Shown piece after piece: positions 1 through 22,750 of a stretch of 64,000 bases of DNA. The DNA is from Trichoplax adhaerens (lineage: Eukaryota > Animalia > Placozoa). Both the position numbers and the translations under genes were made by a program. Position 1 is the first letter of the stretch. Every line of letters starts with the position of its first letter. The stretch is from contig NW_002060947.1 of NCBI RefSeq assembly GCF_000150275.1, positions 6,026,286 through 6,090,285 of the forward strand. Reading direction: 5' to 3'. Below the pieces are notes generated by a model. The model saw only the letters and a program-made list of their open reading frames with translations. It did no database searches and was not told the DNA's origin.

Positions 1-112
1 TGTATGACGTAATATCATTACATCGAAATGCTTTATAAATCATTGACATTCTAATATTATCAAGGATATTAACTAAAAATACTAAACTTTTCAGTCTATA
101 ATATAGACTTAC

Positions 113-9544
<9,432 letters not shown>

Positions 9545-12500
9545 TGCTTTTAAGGAATAGGTTTGATTTCTCCAAGATACTAGAATTGGCTATCGGTTGT
9601 AGCGATATCAACTCTGAATATTTTAATTTCCTTTCCAATAGGGTTGCTATAATGATCTGAAGCTAAGCCAAAGAAAACTGGAAGTATGACAATAACAAAG
9701 CGAAGGCTCGACGTCCTTTATTAAGATAGGTATATTATGACCAATATCCAGCTTGAAACAGTTTATTTATTTTAGTTGCCTACAAGAATGGGAATGATCA
9801 ATTTTTTAATCGTGCACCCTCTCATTGCTAGATTGTGTAGATAGAAGAAGCTTGTATCCAATCACAATTTAATAATTGCTTCTATTATTATCATGTCAAT
9901 TATAATGCTATAGCAGATGGCCACAATGTTGAGACAGCAAATTTCTCTTAATGTTTTAATTAAAAACCATTACAATCCAATGAACTGTCGTTCTATCATT
10001 TTCAATGTTGAATATATTTTCGCCTTTTCAAAGAGATTATCACATTATATCATTATTAATATATAGAATAATCATCAATGAGTACAGTAGACAATAAAAT
10101 GCACCACTATAACTACTCTACATACTTGAGCTATTGTAGCAATCATTTTAGGGGCATAATTTCAGCTTCTATCTTGCTGCTATGGGATAAAAACAAGCTC
10201 ACTTTCATATCAACAAGGCTGAAATTACTAAAGTATCTCGTCGTGCTGATAGATCGGAGCTCATTATAACGCCTTCACTTTTAAGTAAATAGTGTGACTG
10301 CAGTAAAATTTAAAATTGTGCACAGAAGCTCATGATCTATTGTAGAAAAATATGTTTAGCATTTAAAAGTAAACAGTACAGTAGCAGTGATGTCTCTTTG
10401 CTAGCACCGGGCAATGCAAAGGGATGAGATAAATGAAAGATAATTCTCTATATCATTGCCCCTTGGAGTGACAAAGTAGCTATTATATACTCAACTAAGA
10501 TACTAACTGCATCATGACCTATTACCTTTCAACGAATTCTAAATAGATGGACAGTGAAACTATTTTGCTTTATCAGCATAAATAGAAAATCTAGTTAAAA
10601 TGGTATTATGAATTCAAATCACTAATGCTAACCGCTGAATCAATAGATTATGAATTTCAAAATAGAATTATCGGTACACTACTATATTAAACTAGTCAAG
10701 TTACTACGACTCGTAGAATACCGCAATACTTTCTTAATTTATCACTATTTTGAGCTTACAGATGGTTATTGAATGAATGAGCGAAGGTATTTATTAATTT
10801 AAATTTAGCATGCAAATCCTGTACTGTATATTATATAAAAATACTGGATAAACGTCGAAACGATAACTTTGAAATTCCAATTTTACATTCCAAATCAGAA
10901 CCATAATAGGATAATAACAAACAAAGCATGCAATCAGCTAAGGTATACACAAACTATTAAATGCCACTTAAAACATATTACTGACCAAGAATATTCATGC
11001 GTCTTATTCATGTCGACATAAGCATTTTTAGCATCAAAGAATAACATATTATTCAATACATTACATTGTCCTATCGCAATAGCACTTGCATACTTTATGC
11101 CTATTTGATACAAACTAATTATTAATCGTGATGGTATGAAAATCGGTAAAAAGCGAGAGCTATCGTGCAAGTATGAGTATTCTAGCAATGAAGTAAGGTC
11201 CAAAGAGCATAAGGATCGTCTTGTTATAGAAATCACTATTAGTATTTAAATTGGGCCTAGTATAGACTGAATATCCACAGCAATACCATAACTCAACTAA
11301 TTGAGCTAGCCAATACGAATTTAGCCATTGAAAAGGGTGTAGAATCTGAAAGTATGTGACCTTAATGCAATAGCTAAGGCATTGGACGTGTACACTGTAC
11401 GTGGTATATTAGGCACTGCAGGAAGTAGCACAAATCTGAGACAAACTGGTCAATCTTTACACTAATGCAAGGTAAAGCGATCTTGAGCTGTTTACTATCC
11501 GCGTATGTCTGCTACTAACAGATGATGACTTCCATGCCACCACCCACATACTTCAAGGGGATCTACATGCGAGCAAATTAATTATTAATTCCAATTCCAA
11601 GAAACGTCTCACCTGCGAGAGAGGGTATTTGCGATGAAAGAGTACGTGGAAAGTCAATTCCAGACTCTAGTCTGCATCTTTATAGTCGGCAGAATTTGTT
11701 ATAAAGCATAAAAAAATTTACTGAATTGATGACTTATCAGCTGGACATTTGTTGCAGCCATGCTTATACTGTATAGCGGAGTGTATACAGATATGAACCT
11801 TACATCTGTTCAATGGGTTCATCTTATACATAATCTTACTCATCTGGTTAATAAAAATAGCATTAACAATATGATCCGCTGATAACGGACTCTTTAATAG
11901 TCCGCTAGAAGACAGAAATAGACCAAGATTTACAAGTTAATAATTAGATGATAAGTCATTCACTTTAGTGCTGCATATATTCATCGATCGAAAAACTCTT
12001 GCAAAAATTCAGCTGCTACGCAAGCTGAGTTATCTGGGCCACCAATATCTTTTAATAATTTGCGCTTCAGTTCACAAACATTGCCATATTAAACGTGTAA
12101 ATAGCTAACGACAGATTTTGATGGCACCTTTCTAACAGATGTGCAAAGATTGAAATTCAATTCACTAATTACCAAACGCGACATTATTATACTCGCATGT
12201 ACATACTGTGCAAAACTGACTGCGCATAGTCAATTATCTGTGAAGATAAGACGATAAAAATTACCGTTAATATAAACAACAAATGTGATGTAATCATCCA
12301 AGGTAAGCCAAATAAAATCTGGTAGGTTGAAACGATAGTATAGTATTCATTACATATTTAAATCGTAAAAGGAATTTTTAAGGTTAATGCACTCTTTAGA
12401 AACTCCTACGACTCAACCAATACTTCCTTACTTAATATCATTATATTTACAAAGATAATTTTTAAGTAACATATTGCAACCAAGAAATAAAAACATTCGC

Positions 12501-13098
12501 AATAAAAAAGCTAATCTTTAGCGCAAATAATGGTGAAAATGGCGTGATTGTTGTCGATTACTATCAATACGCTTGTGAGCTAATCCACAGTTAACAATGC
12601 TTACTATATTGCTATTTTGCATGGAACTACTTAGCATTAATAAAACCTTTACGAACTATACATAGTACCAAAACATAAGTAGTCTGTTTCAATTACAGTC
12701 TATTAACAAATACAATTATGCCAGCCTTTCAGTTGCGACAAGTGGAGCGGATGTAATCGGTTCTGTTAGGTGGCACATTCTATGTGCATACCCACACTTT
12801 AAAATATGACTAACCGGAAAAAATTTGCATTACGCTTACAATTTTTATTAAGTAAATGTACTAGACATACATTGCTAAGTTCAATATATCCTATCAAAGT
12901 AGAAAATAAGACTATTTACTAAAAGGTATAATAATTGCAAAATTCGAACGATTTATCACAGCCTATCTAAACATAATTTAGCGAGGCAGATCAATCGTAT
13001 AGTAATCTTATTAACACCAGATATATTTTTGTATTGATATTAAAGTAAAGTAGTATTCACTTAATTGAGTGAAAACTACCTCAAAAGAGCGCTGTATC

Positions 13099-16000
13099 TT
13101 ATGAGAGCTTTGCAGCTATTGTACAAACTGCATCGCAAAGTCTTTCGTAATCTGATAGATCATTATATAAGTGACCCGATATTCTGACGTAGAGACTGTT
13201 ACAGTGGGCTTTAATAGGAACCTAATGAGCATAATCGAAATTTAAGTAATCCTTATTCGCCTGATAAATACAAATATTAGAGCAAAATGCAAAAGTAATA
13301 TTTTAATTACCTCTATTTTAAAATCACGGTAAAGTACGTTTTGCACAATCTCTGCTTGCTCATACGTTACTTTATTATCCTGTGATAAATTCTTAGAGAT
13401 ACATTCAGGTAACTGAATTAAACACATCGAACCTGAAATATTAATTAGGAAAACGCTAATGTCACACTTGTGATATCATCGACACTTTCAATATTCTATT
13501 ACAACTGAGTACAGCACCAACCAAACATATCTTTGGAAGCTGCTAATTTTGTATCCCACTTTGTTGCCAACATTTGACCTATAGATTGAAATAAGGAGTT
13601 AGCCATAACAAATATTGATAACTAGCCATATTCTTGGCTGTTTGAAAAATTCAATCTGACATTAAAAGCAACCTTCAATACGACTTACTAGCTTCAGCTA
13701 CTAATCCGTAGATGTATTTCCGAATAGAATCTGGGTTATGCAATGACCAAAAATCTAATACTGTCATATTCGAAGCAGCTGGTGATCAGTACATGAATTA
13801 AAACTACAGTGCAACAATGATATCATTCAAAAATAAACCTGTATGTAGTGATAGCAAAGGACTAAAATCTCTTAACCCTGTCAGTATTTGTGGAATAATG
13901 AAGATACGTATACATTGTTAGATTAGAGTGATAATTTTATCTGCCTTGAAAGCACGACCTAGAGTAAGTCTTAAATATGATTTGAAAACATAAGCTGCAA
14001 GTTTAATTCTTTAATACACATTTATCAGACCTGTCCAAATAAATTCAGAATTAAACCCTGATCCAAAGCCATGAGATACAGTTTGCGAACGAATTTTTTT
14101 TTGCCAGCAACGCTTTATGTATAAAAATGCGCACCCCTAAATTTAAAATCAATTCAATACCCTAATTGAATGCATTGCAATTACTTAATAATCGAAATGA
14201 TTCACATTACCTTTGCAGAACAAAACCATTTATGAGCATTCGATACGTAAAAATCAGCATCGATATCGCTATTGATAGAGAAGGATTCGTTACACAAATT
14301 TACGCTACGACTGGTATCAAGGCTATTAACATGTTTGAACCGAGCATTACGTTATCAATTGGTTGCAATAACATACACCATACGTTACGTACAATACCTT
14401 AACTTAATTGGTAAAGATCCTAATGCGTGTGCACCATCGATAAATACCGGAATATTCCTAATAATGATATAAATGATTGGACATTTAAAGCATAACCAAT
14501 CTATCTATAGTGATTGTATCTCTTACAAATAATTATATAAGACCGGATAAAGAAGCAACACAACAATACCTCTCTTTACAAACTTTAACAATCTCCTAAA
14601 AATGTGGACATGGGCACAATTTAGTATTTGAGATAGTATTGCGTAATAGTAAACAACACAAGATAGACAGTACCTACCTTAATCGGCATAATGATAGGAA
14701 AGTTACTAGGAATATGATCAAATACAGCAAAGGTACATTCTTGGCTATGGTGTAGCAAATACAATCAAGAATTATAATCTTTTACAGACATTTATCACCT
14801 AAATGTTACTACAGAAAAAACAAAATTTTCAGTAGAAGACAACCTTAAGGTTGATCTGACAAGATCAATTATCTGAAATTAGTCAAGGTGAATGTGTATT
14901 AGTAAGAAACGAATGCTAATTTGTTTTAAACATCAATATTAATCATTAAAGTGTTACTTGTTGTTGGTTCTCTACAAATGAAGGTATTTTAATCTCCTTA
15001 AGGCTACAACCATTCTCGCTACTTATAAATTTTAGGAGCTTTTTCACAGCACCTATAAAATAATTAGAGTAGCTTTTATGTCTCACTCAAGGAGGCAAAC
15101 CAATTTTGGAATAGAATATTGTAGACTTCTTCCATCAATTTTATCTTAATTTTGACAGTTTTCACGATATTTACCATATGTACAGTCCAGATAATAAATG
15201 GTATCACTAGAACTGAATTTCATGGACTTTAACACAGCATTAGTGCCAGTGGTAGCATTCTCTATCAGCGCTATATCGGTTGGTGTACAACCTAATTCCC
15301 AATTATAAAAAAATAAGTAGTATTAAATTACTAGCAAGATGCGCTGGAGATTAATAATAAATCCTCGCTTTTATCTACCACTAATGTCAATTAGAACAAG
15401 AGCAATGATTATATAAATTGTTATCGATTTTGCTTTGTTGCCTTATCTTATAAGCATTCGAGCATTGATCTTTGTAAAGACTACATGTTGGTGATCCTAA
15501 TAATACTGCTGTCACTTAATTCTTACCAATAAAATTGCACAGCCTTCGTGAAACATGAACGAGCTGAGGGAATAATTCCCTGTCCAGAAATTTTAACGGT
15601 TGTGCTTCCGTATACCGCTGCCATGCCTACAATAAACGAAATTGTAAGATCGTATAAACGTTCTTCTACCTAACAGCCACGTTAGAAAAGACTACAAGAT
15701 AAAACCTGTACAGCATCCAACGCTTCTTTCAATACTGAACCGAAGGCACCATGGTTTAGAAATGTATATTCATCCTAAATTAAAATAGTTCAATTTGAAA
15801 AAGTTGTTAATAAATCTGGAAGTTATTCCTCTATTCATGATAGAATAGTGGCAAATATAGTTTATATTAATGCATAAGACAGTATCCCATAAGATTTGTT
15901 ACGTACCCCCAGCAAAAAGTGCTTGCCTTTAATGTCTTTACCATAAGCACCTCTGTCGTCAGCATCAAACTTTGGTAGATCTATAGGAATATCTGGAGGT

Positions 16001-16628
16001 TGATATAGGTCCTATAAGATGATTAACAAATGAGCTGTTTTTTAAGAAAAGTAATTTAGGTTTATGGGATTGGATTGTGTGCCATCCATTTTAGGCTGTG
16101 CATTTTAATAATGACGATCTAGATATACATTGGTAAAAGTTATTTACATCAGCTCCAGGTATCAATAATTTAATAAATATAGCAGTTGAAGTATGCTTTG
16201 TACAGAACATTATTTGTGTTTTATAGCGTATTATGATCGATCAACATTGATTTTGAAGAGCAACACTGTCCGGCAACGCTGTCTGTTTAATCTTGCAAAC
16301 TCAAATGATTGTTACATATACCATTATACACTATCTATCGTACTGCGTACACGAATGCGTAAAACAATAACACTAGAGGTTATGACGAGAGAAAGTTCGT
16401 AAAGTTTTCCTTCCTACCAACCTCTGTTAAGCTTAGTAGTTCTTGCACATTGGATGAATGAAATGATCCAAAATCTCGGCGTGAAACTGTTGAACGAGCA
16501 AATGCAAACTAGTTTTAATACATAGTAAAATGAGATTTTACGATTAATGGGTTACTATCAATTTATTCAATTCGTCCTACGCCATTGGACATGATAATCA
16601 AAACAATCATCACCGCTAAAATAACCAT
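13099..16628 (-). CDS. Class-V PLP-dependent aminotransferase / C-S lyase (hercynylcysteine sulfoxide lyase Egt2 / isopenicillin N epimerase CefD / L-cysteine desulfhydrase-like), about 18 exons
   Basis: Spliced translation includes TFLNHGAFGS, EAQPLKFLDRE, IENATTGTNAVLKS, TYGAVKK, AVFDHIPSN, VFIDGAHALG, ADFYVSNAHKWFCSAKGCAFLY (PLP lysine), VSHGFGSGFNSEFIWTGLRDFS and LYVRISGHLYN..DYERL, with TAA at 13101-13099. First exons 16628-16581 and 16508-16422. Confidence 0.92.
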
Positions 16629-17892
16629 TTTTATTATACCTTGCTGCTATCGCTACTGTATGAGATATCAATGACTAATCCTTTTTTTTTTTATTAATAC
16701 ATTAGCTTCAGTAATTATAGTGAGCATCACTGTACCCTGATCAAGAGTGGTATTAGCTGAATTTTCCGCCATAACTTATTGGTGGTGTTCAATATCAACT
16801 TGAGCCTGAGCTGCAATTCGCAGTATGTGGACGAGTACCTCCAAGATAGCTCAAAACCCTAACGTAGAACTTATCATTCCACCATGAGTAAGTTATTAGT
16901 ACAGTATAAAGGAAATTTTACCAACTTATCATTTGCTGTAATTTATACCTGGAAACAACACAATCTCAATAATGTTCACTCGTTATGGGAGATTGCTTTG
17001 AGATTTAAAAGCTGAGCGTGCTTCCAAATTCTTGTATAGAAATACTCTGACTGCACCCGCTGAGGTAGCACTCCTGCAGTTCTACACCGTAGAGTCCTCG
17101 AAGGAAGATTCCAACCACTTACTATGCATCAGTGTCAACTAAGACCTAATACTAGCGTAATGTACGACACCAATGGTTAGTGCACTTCTGCTGTAGCAGT
17201 AGGGATACTTGAATGCTTTGGTTTTTTCTTGCTACTTTAGCGACGTGATTAAAATATCTTTGACTTTTACAACACCTACTATTGCATGTACAGTACAATA
17301 CATATCTGCTACTGTTAGATGGATACCATATATCCCTTTTACTTGTCTTCTAAACTCAATATTGTCGAGTTTAAATGTCCCTAATTAATCTACTCTATCA
17401 CCAACGAGTCGATATACACTCATATTTCTTGATCCATAGTTATAGTACATTTTCTACCCTGTTTATCACTACAGTACATTGCACACCCAGTGGATATCTG
17501 TCAAGATTAGGCGTGGATGAGCTGATGATTAGCTGAAAATGAGCTCAATTATCTCCCTAATGTCTCACATCGCTAATCACTAGCAGAGTTTGACATGCAC
17601 GATGAGGATTTCGAATGCCCGCAAATCAGGCAGTCTATTGCCAGGATTCAGCTTCAACGAGCTATCTACCAAATGTCTCATCTCGAAGTCTCTCTAATTC
17701 TATATCATCATCCATCGATCAACTTTGTCACTAACGAGTTGATAGCGTTCTTGCTACATGTCTACTTTAGCTCACACTTCAATGTCTCCAATCATTTATT
17801 CAATATCGAACTCTGCTCTCCATCATTGCCACTCGAATGCCTTCCGGTACCACTCGGTCTACAAGCGGTAGGATAGCAAGCTTGAGGCTGGA

Positions 17893-17940
17893 TACTGTAC
17901 ACTGTACACTGTACACTGTAATGTAGTATTGTAATGTAGC
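17893..17940. promoter_or_regulatory. (ACTGTAC)n array in the divergent intergenic region between the lyase and KDELR-like 1
   Basis: actgtacactgtacactgtacactgtaatgtagtattgtaatgtag. The regulatory role is inferred from position only. Confidence 0.4.
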
Positions 17941-18658
17941 GGGACTAGAGACTGTCCTCGGATGGATGGACTTCTCATACATGACAAGGCCGAAAAATAG
18001 TTGCTCACTATGAATCTTCGGTGTCTGTTTTCGAAATCACTTGTATTCATTTCAATAACATTGATAATCTAAAGTTACCGCTTCCAAGCAGCACTTAGCA
18101 ACAGGCAATAGAATACAATGTAATATTATTTAATTTGTCGAAAAAATTAGTCCATTCAGAATCGACTGTCTGCATACCAAAAATTCAATCGTCGTGAAGT
18201 GTTGACGAAATTAGGCCTAACGTTTGTCCGTCCAATGAGCGGTCTGTCCGTCGGAAGGAGTGTTCGGTCCGTCCAGCCCAGGTGTTGGTGGTCCATGACT
18301 CAGTCCACTTGGATGCACTCTAGTAACAACCGAGCTCACAGAGTTTTACCATATACAGTAGTTTACGGTATTACCAGACTGGGACGCAGAATACTCCACA
18401 GTGCTGCGGATAGGATAGTACTGTACACTACCTTGGCAATTACTCCCGAATTCAAGGAGAGAAAGACGACATGGCTTCTAGAGCAATGCCGTCATGATCA
18501 TATCTTGCTTACCTTCGCTCAGTGTCTACGACTAAATCAACACATTCTACCTAATTGATAGGCTAAACTGGTGTTGAAGACGTGATCGAAGTGAAATCCA
18601 TCCATCAGAGATGAGTTGGTACTCATTGGTACAAGCTGATTGATGAAGGAAAATAAAT

Positions 18659-19372
18659 ATGACAGCCATGAATATTTATAGATTACTAGGCGATGGAAGT
18701 CATCTCATCGCCATGATTTACTTATTACTTTGGATAATTAAACGAAAATCATGCAGTGGCATCTCTGGTAAAACTCAATTTGTACATTGTATCGTTTTTA
18801 CCTTACGCTATCTTGATCTATTCAAGTATTTCATTTCTTATTATAACACACTGATAAAATTGATATTTCTAACCATCACTTATGCAACCACTGGACTCAT
18901 TGCGATTGGATATAATGGAACTTATGAAATGGAAGAAGATAATTTAAAATTAAGCTATATATTGATACCATCATTTATTCTTGGTATGCTATTTACCTAC
19001 ACCTATGATATTTTAGAAATTTGTTGGAGTATGTCACTCTTTTTAGAAGCGTTGGCGATCTTGCCACAATTGATCATGTCTCATAACCGTGGAGAATCCC
19101 TTGGTGTTATACGCCATTACATGTTAATGCTAGCTTTCTACAAAACAATGTATTGCTTTAATTGGGTATATCGAAAATTATGTATGGATTATTTTTCATT
19201 AACGTCTGTCATTGCTGGTACTGGACAAACACTAGTATATTATGCAGCTGTCAAGATGTTGTATAGCGATCAAGTTGTATTCTATGATCGTGATATATTC
19301 TTACAGTATAAGACTTTGTTAACTGAATCGAGTCACGCGCAAAACCGTCGTCTAAATCAAAATTCCGGGTAA
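18659..19372 (+). CDS. ER lumen protein-retaining (KDEL/ERD2) receptor-like protein 1, intronless, divergent
   Basis: MNIYRLLGDGSH, SCSGISGKTQ, VFTLRYLDLF, LEALAILPQL, HY..L.FYK..Y..NW and AG..QT; seven-TM hydrophobic pattern. Confidence 0.92.
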   Translation: MTAMNIYRLLGDGSHLIAMIYLLLWIIKRKSCSGISGKTQFVHCIVFTLRYLDLFKYFISYYNTLIKLIFLTITYATTGLIAIGYNGTYEMEEDNLKLSYILIPSFILGMLFTYTYDILEICWSMSLFLEALAILPQLIMSHNRGESLGVIRHYMLMLAFYKTMYCFNWVYRKLCMDYFSLTSVIAGTGQTLVYYAAVKMLYSDQVVFYDRDIFLQYKTLLTESSHAQNRRLNQNSG

Positions 19373-20329
19373 AATACAAGATTGGAACATTTTAAAAAAG
19401 GTCAACGTTGATTTTCGATATTATTTATCATACCACCATATCTATTAGTTAATAAACAACGACTGAATGTGAAATCTGCTTCACTACCAAATGGCATTCA
19501 ACATGCATAAATTACGTGTCAAGTGAAGAAAATCTGTAGATATTATTAGCTATAGCAAGCAGGAGATTGACCTAAGTAAAAAAAATTGGAAAGGCAATAG
19601 ATATCATACGTATTGAATAATGTTATTAATATTGATTCATTTTTTCTAAATTACCAACAAAGAGCATCGGTGATGCCTTTAGAAGAATCCGCAGTATTTA
19701 TAAATAATTACTTATATCATGCATGTCGTTAACTTGTTTACAATCGATAAGTTTATAGTAAAAATGGCCAATATTTATAATCTACTGTTGAAATATCGGT
19801 TTTATCTATTTAACAGCTATTCTAGACTTTAAATTACATCAATTCCATTATGTACAATGTCTTATATAAATACATTGTGATTGCTGGATTAATTGCAAGT
19901 AAATAATTTGAAAGGAGTTAACAATTGTTCTATTTTTAACGCTTACAGGGTGCACTGTAATATACAGCAATGATACTCTAAATCTTCGATCATGCTATTC
20001 CTAGTCGAATAACATTTTTGATTGACTGATATTCTCAAATTAATTTATTATAATATCGACATCATTTTTGTTTTACATCATTATGATAGAAAAAGTTTAT
20101 CGAGGATAAAGCCTCAACTTGTTTGCTTATAAGAAACATATGAACTTAATGAAATATAATTTTCAATCGAGTCTATTAAGATTTATTGTTACGTAACATT
20201 CATTCTCGAGGTTATACTTGTACTATCGGTAATTAAGCAAAGCTAATCATTAACTTACTCAATTTAATACAGCTTTACAATCCTTAATGTATATAGATAA
20301 TTGTTACAGCAGGGTAACCATATAGCAAT

Positions 20330-20950
20330 CAACTTTGTACAGTTTGAAATGATCAATTTTTAATGACAAATCATTCCAGTCTAAGACTTATTATTCGTAC
20401 AACAAAGAGCTGATTGTACTAATCCTATATATAATGTCGACTACAAATGCGATGAATAAATGAAGTTTAAAATACTGCATCCTCAATCTTAAATATAGTA
20501 TACAGTATTATCAATTTTTTTCACTTTTCATCGATAGGGCAAAGATTGTCTTAATATCATTATTTAAAGAATGACTTTGAAATAGGTAAGACGTAATCAA
20601 TCCATAAACTTATTCGCATAGATAGCCGTCATTATAGCAGTACAGCAATATAGCAATTAATCCTGTATAGTTAGAAAAGATCAATTTTACGATAAATTAT
20701 TTAAATTCTAAGAATTAGTATATTAGCACAATATGGAGCTTGCTATACTAATCCTCCATGAAATATCGACTGCAATTACAATTAATACATAGAGTTTATG
20801 ATACTGTATCCTCAAGCTTAAATAGAGAATACAGTATTGTCGGTCATTACTTTTTTGTCTATATAGTTAGACTAATTTCAAAATCATCATGCAAGGTATG
20901 CACTTGAAATTAGCAAGAAATGATCAATTTTTTGATCAATTATTGTTTAC
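20330..20950. repeat. Degenerate ~330 bp direct duplication
   Basis: 'tactaatcct..at.tcgact.caa..agttt..atactg.atcctcaa.cttaaata.ag.atacagtatt' at ~20417 and ~20746. Confidence 0.65.
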
Positions 20951-21214
20951 TATTCATTAATTACTCTATATTAAAACTGTAGTTTTTTATTATTACACCA
21001 GCTACTATTTGATCCTTATTCTCACGAGTAGAATTATCGTTATATCACTGCAACCGCTTAGCCATAAACTTATAAGTAAAATAGTCACCATCATGGTAAA
21101 ACATTTATTCTGTATTATTTTAAAATCACAACATAGAATATGCCACACTCTTGGCACTTAGATTATCGAATGTGTTTATAATTTACGCAAGAAATAGAGC
21201 TGCAAGTCATGTTA

Positions 21215-21990
21215 CATGTTCGGTTAATGTCTCATGGATCGAGTCATTATTACTCTAATATAATCGTACACCAATAGCTTTTAGCTTAAAACAGGTAAAA
21301 AAGATTTATATAGAGAATCATTCTATTTTTAAACCTCCAAATATCCCAACCCCGTAGGAACTCTCTCATACCCTACTTTTGTATATCAATAGGATGCTTG
21401 CTCATTCTCCCCTGCCTATAAACAGAATTAGTTTGAAATAAGTACGAGATGATATTTAAGGGAAATATCATATTTTAAAACCTCAGAGTATCTGAACCTA
21501 ATAAAAGCTATCTCATGTACTCTTTACTCTTAATTAGCTACATAAGCCATTATTTTATGCTTGAAATAGGTTAGAAATATTCTTTAAGGAAGTGGCTCTA
21601 ATTTAAAGCCTCTGAGTATCCCAACTAAAATCTATCTCATGTAATATACTTTGTATACCAATTCAAATACATACTTGTTTCGCCTTTATAGAGAAATAAA
21701 ATCTCATGGATCTCATACGTAGAGTTATCATACTCCAATCTACTGCGGATTTTAGCTTAAAGCAAGCAAGAATTAATTTTTATTAGGTGGGTTCTATCTC
21801 AAACCTCCAAATATCCTGACGCAGTAAATGCTATCTCATACAGTTCTTTTGTATACTAATAGGAAGCTTGCTTATTATCCTTTGTGGATAAATAAATCTT
21901 TTTAGCATGAAATAGACAACAGAGATTAGTAAGGGGAATTGTCTTATTTTAATTAATTAAAGCTTCCGAGCATCCTAACCCTATCGAAAA
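21215..21990. repeat. Degenerate ~150 bp tandem repeat
   Basis: 'aa(a/g)cctc..a.tatcc' followed by 'tctcat' at ~21331, 21478, 21606, 21801 and 21960. Confidence 0.65.
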
Positions 21991-22029
21991 TATCTGCACT
22001 ATTTCCTACAGTACCCTTTATGAGCTACT

Positions 22030-22750
22030 GGTATATGGGAAGGAAGAAAAATCAAGAAAGGTTTGTATATCCACAGTAGGGAAGACTTATAATCTATTAT
22101 GGTATCCTTAATCAAGGCATCATTTCTCTTGCATACGCTACTTCTGAAAATAGAGCGAAGTTGATAATCTGCCAGTATGAAATAAATCAATAAAATGATA
22201 TTGCTCTGATATTTAGTATTTAGAACTCTCAAATATCAGGCGACGTCTCGTATATCCACTTTAAGAGGAAATGATAAGGTATTTCTTCCGCGTTATTTAC
22301 TGTATTCCTAGAAACGGGTCAGCAGAGAAAAAATCGCCATATTAAATCAATTTATAACGTTCCACTCGGCATCATTAAGAGCTATAGGAAGGAAGAAATC
22401 AGGCTAAGGTCTATCTCCACATTAAGAATGTAGAGAAGACTAGAATCAAAGCATTTCTTCTACGTTATATTGAGTTCAGAGTACTCGAGATTAGATTCTT
22501 ATAATAATTGATTATGGTTCTGCTATTCTTAAACTTTGTAATAAAAGCCTTTTAGAAAATTTCATTTGACTAGGACAGTTATTTGTGAAATACTTTTATG
22601 ACACTCAGATATGGAGTAGAAAGCATTTCTTCTCTACATTACTTTACTTTCAGATACAGGACGGTATTAAAATTGTGGCAGGACTAAAAGAAAATCAAAC
22701 GAGATTTATATCCACTATTAGGAAGACTAAAATCAAACGATTTCCTCTCC
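22030..22750. repeat. Degenerate repeat ('tatatccac..aggaagact..aatcaa.gcatttc')
   Basis: Similar blocks at ~22065, 22250, 22410 and 22705. Confidence 0.5.

Noticed and set aside
16950-17120. Possible extra gene upstream of the lyase
   Set aside because: On the minus strand it reads gtaagt...ttccag, which fits a 5'UTR intron of the lyase.
17595-18558. Several ORFs of 60-119 aa, including 18199-18558
   Set aside because: No recognisable homology. They overlap the GC-richer promoter and 5'UTR region, and the YSVQ/TVYS content comes from TACAGT repeats.
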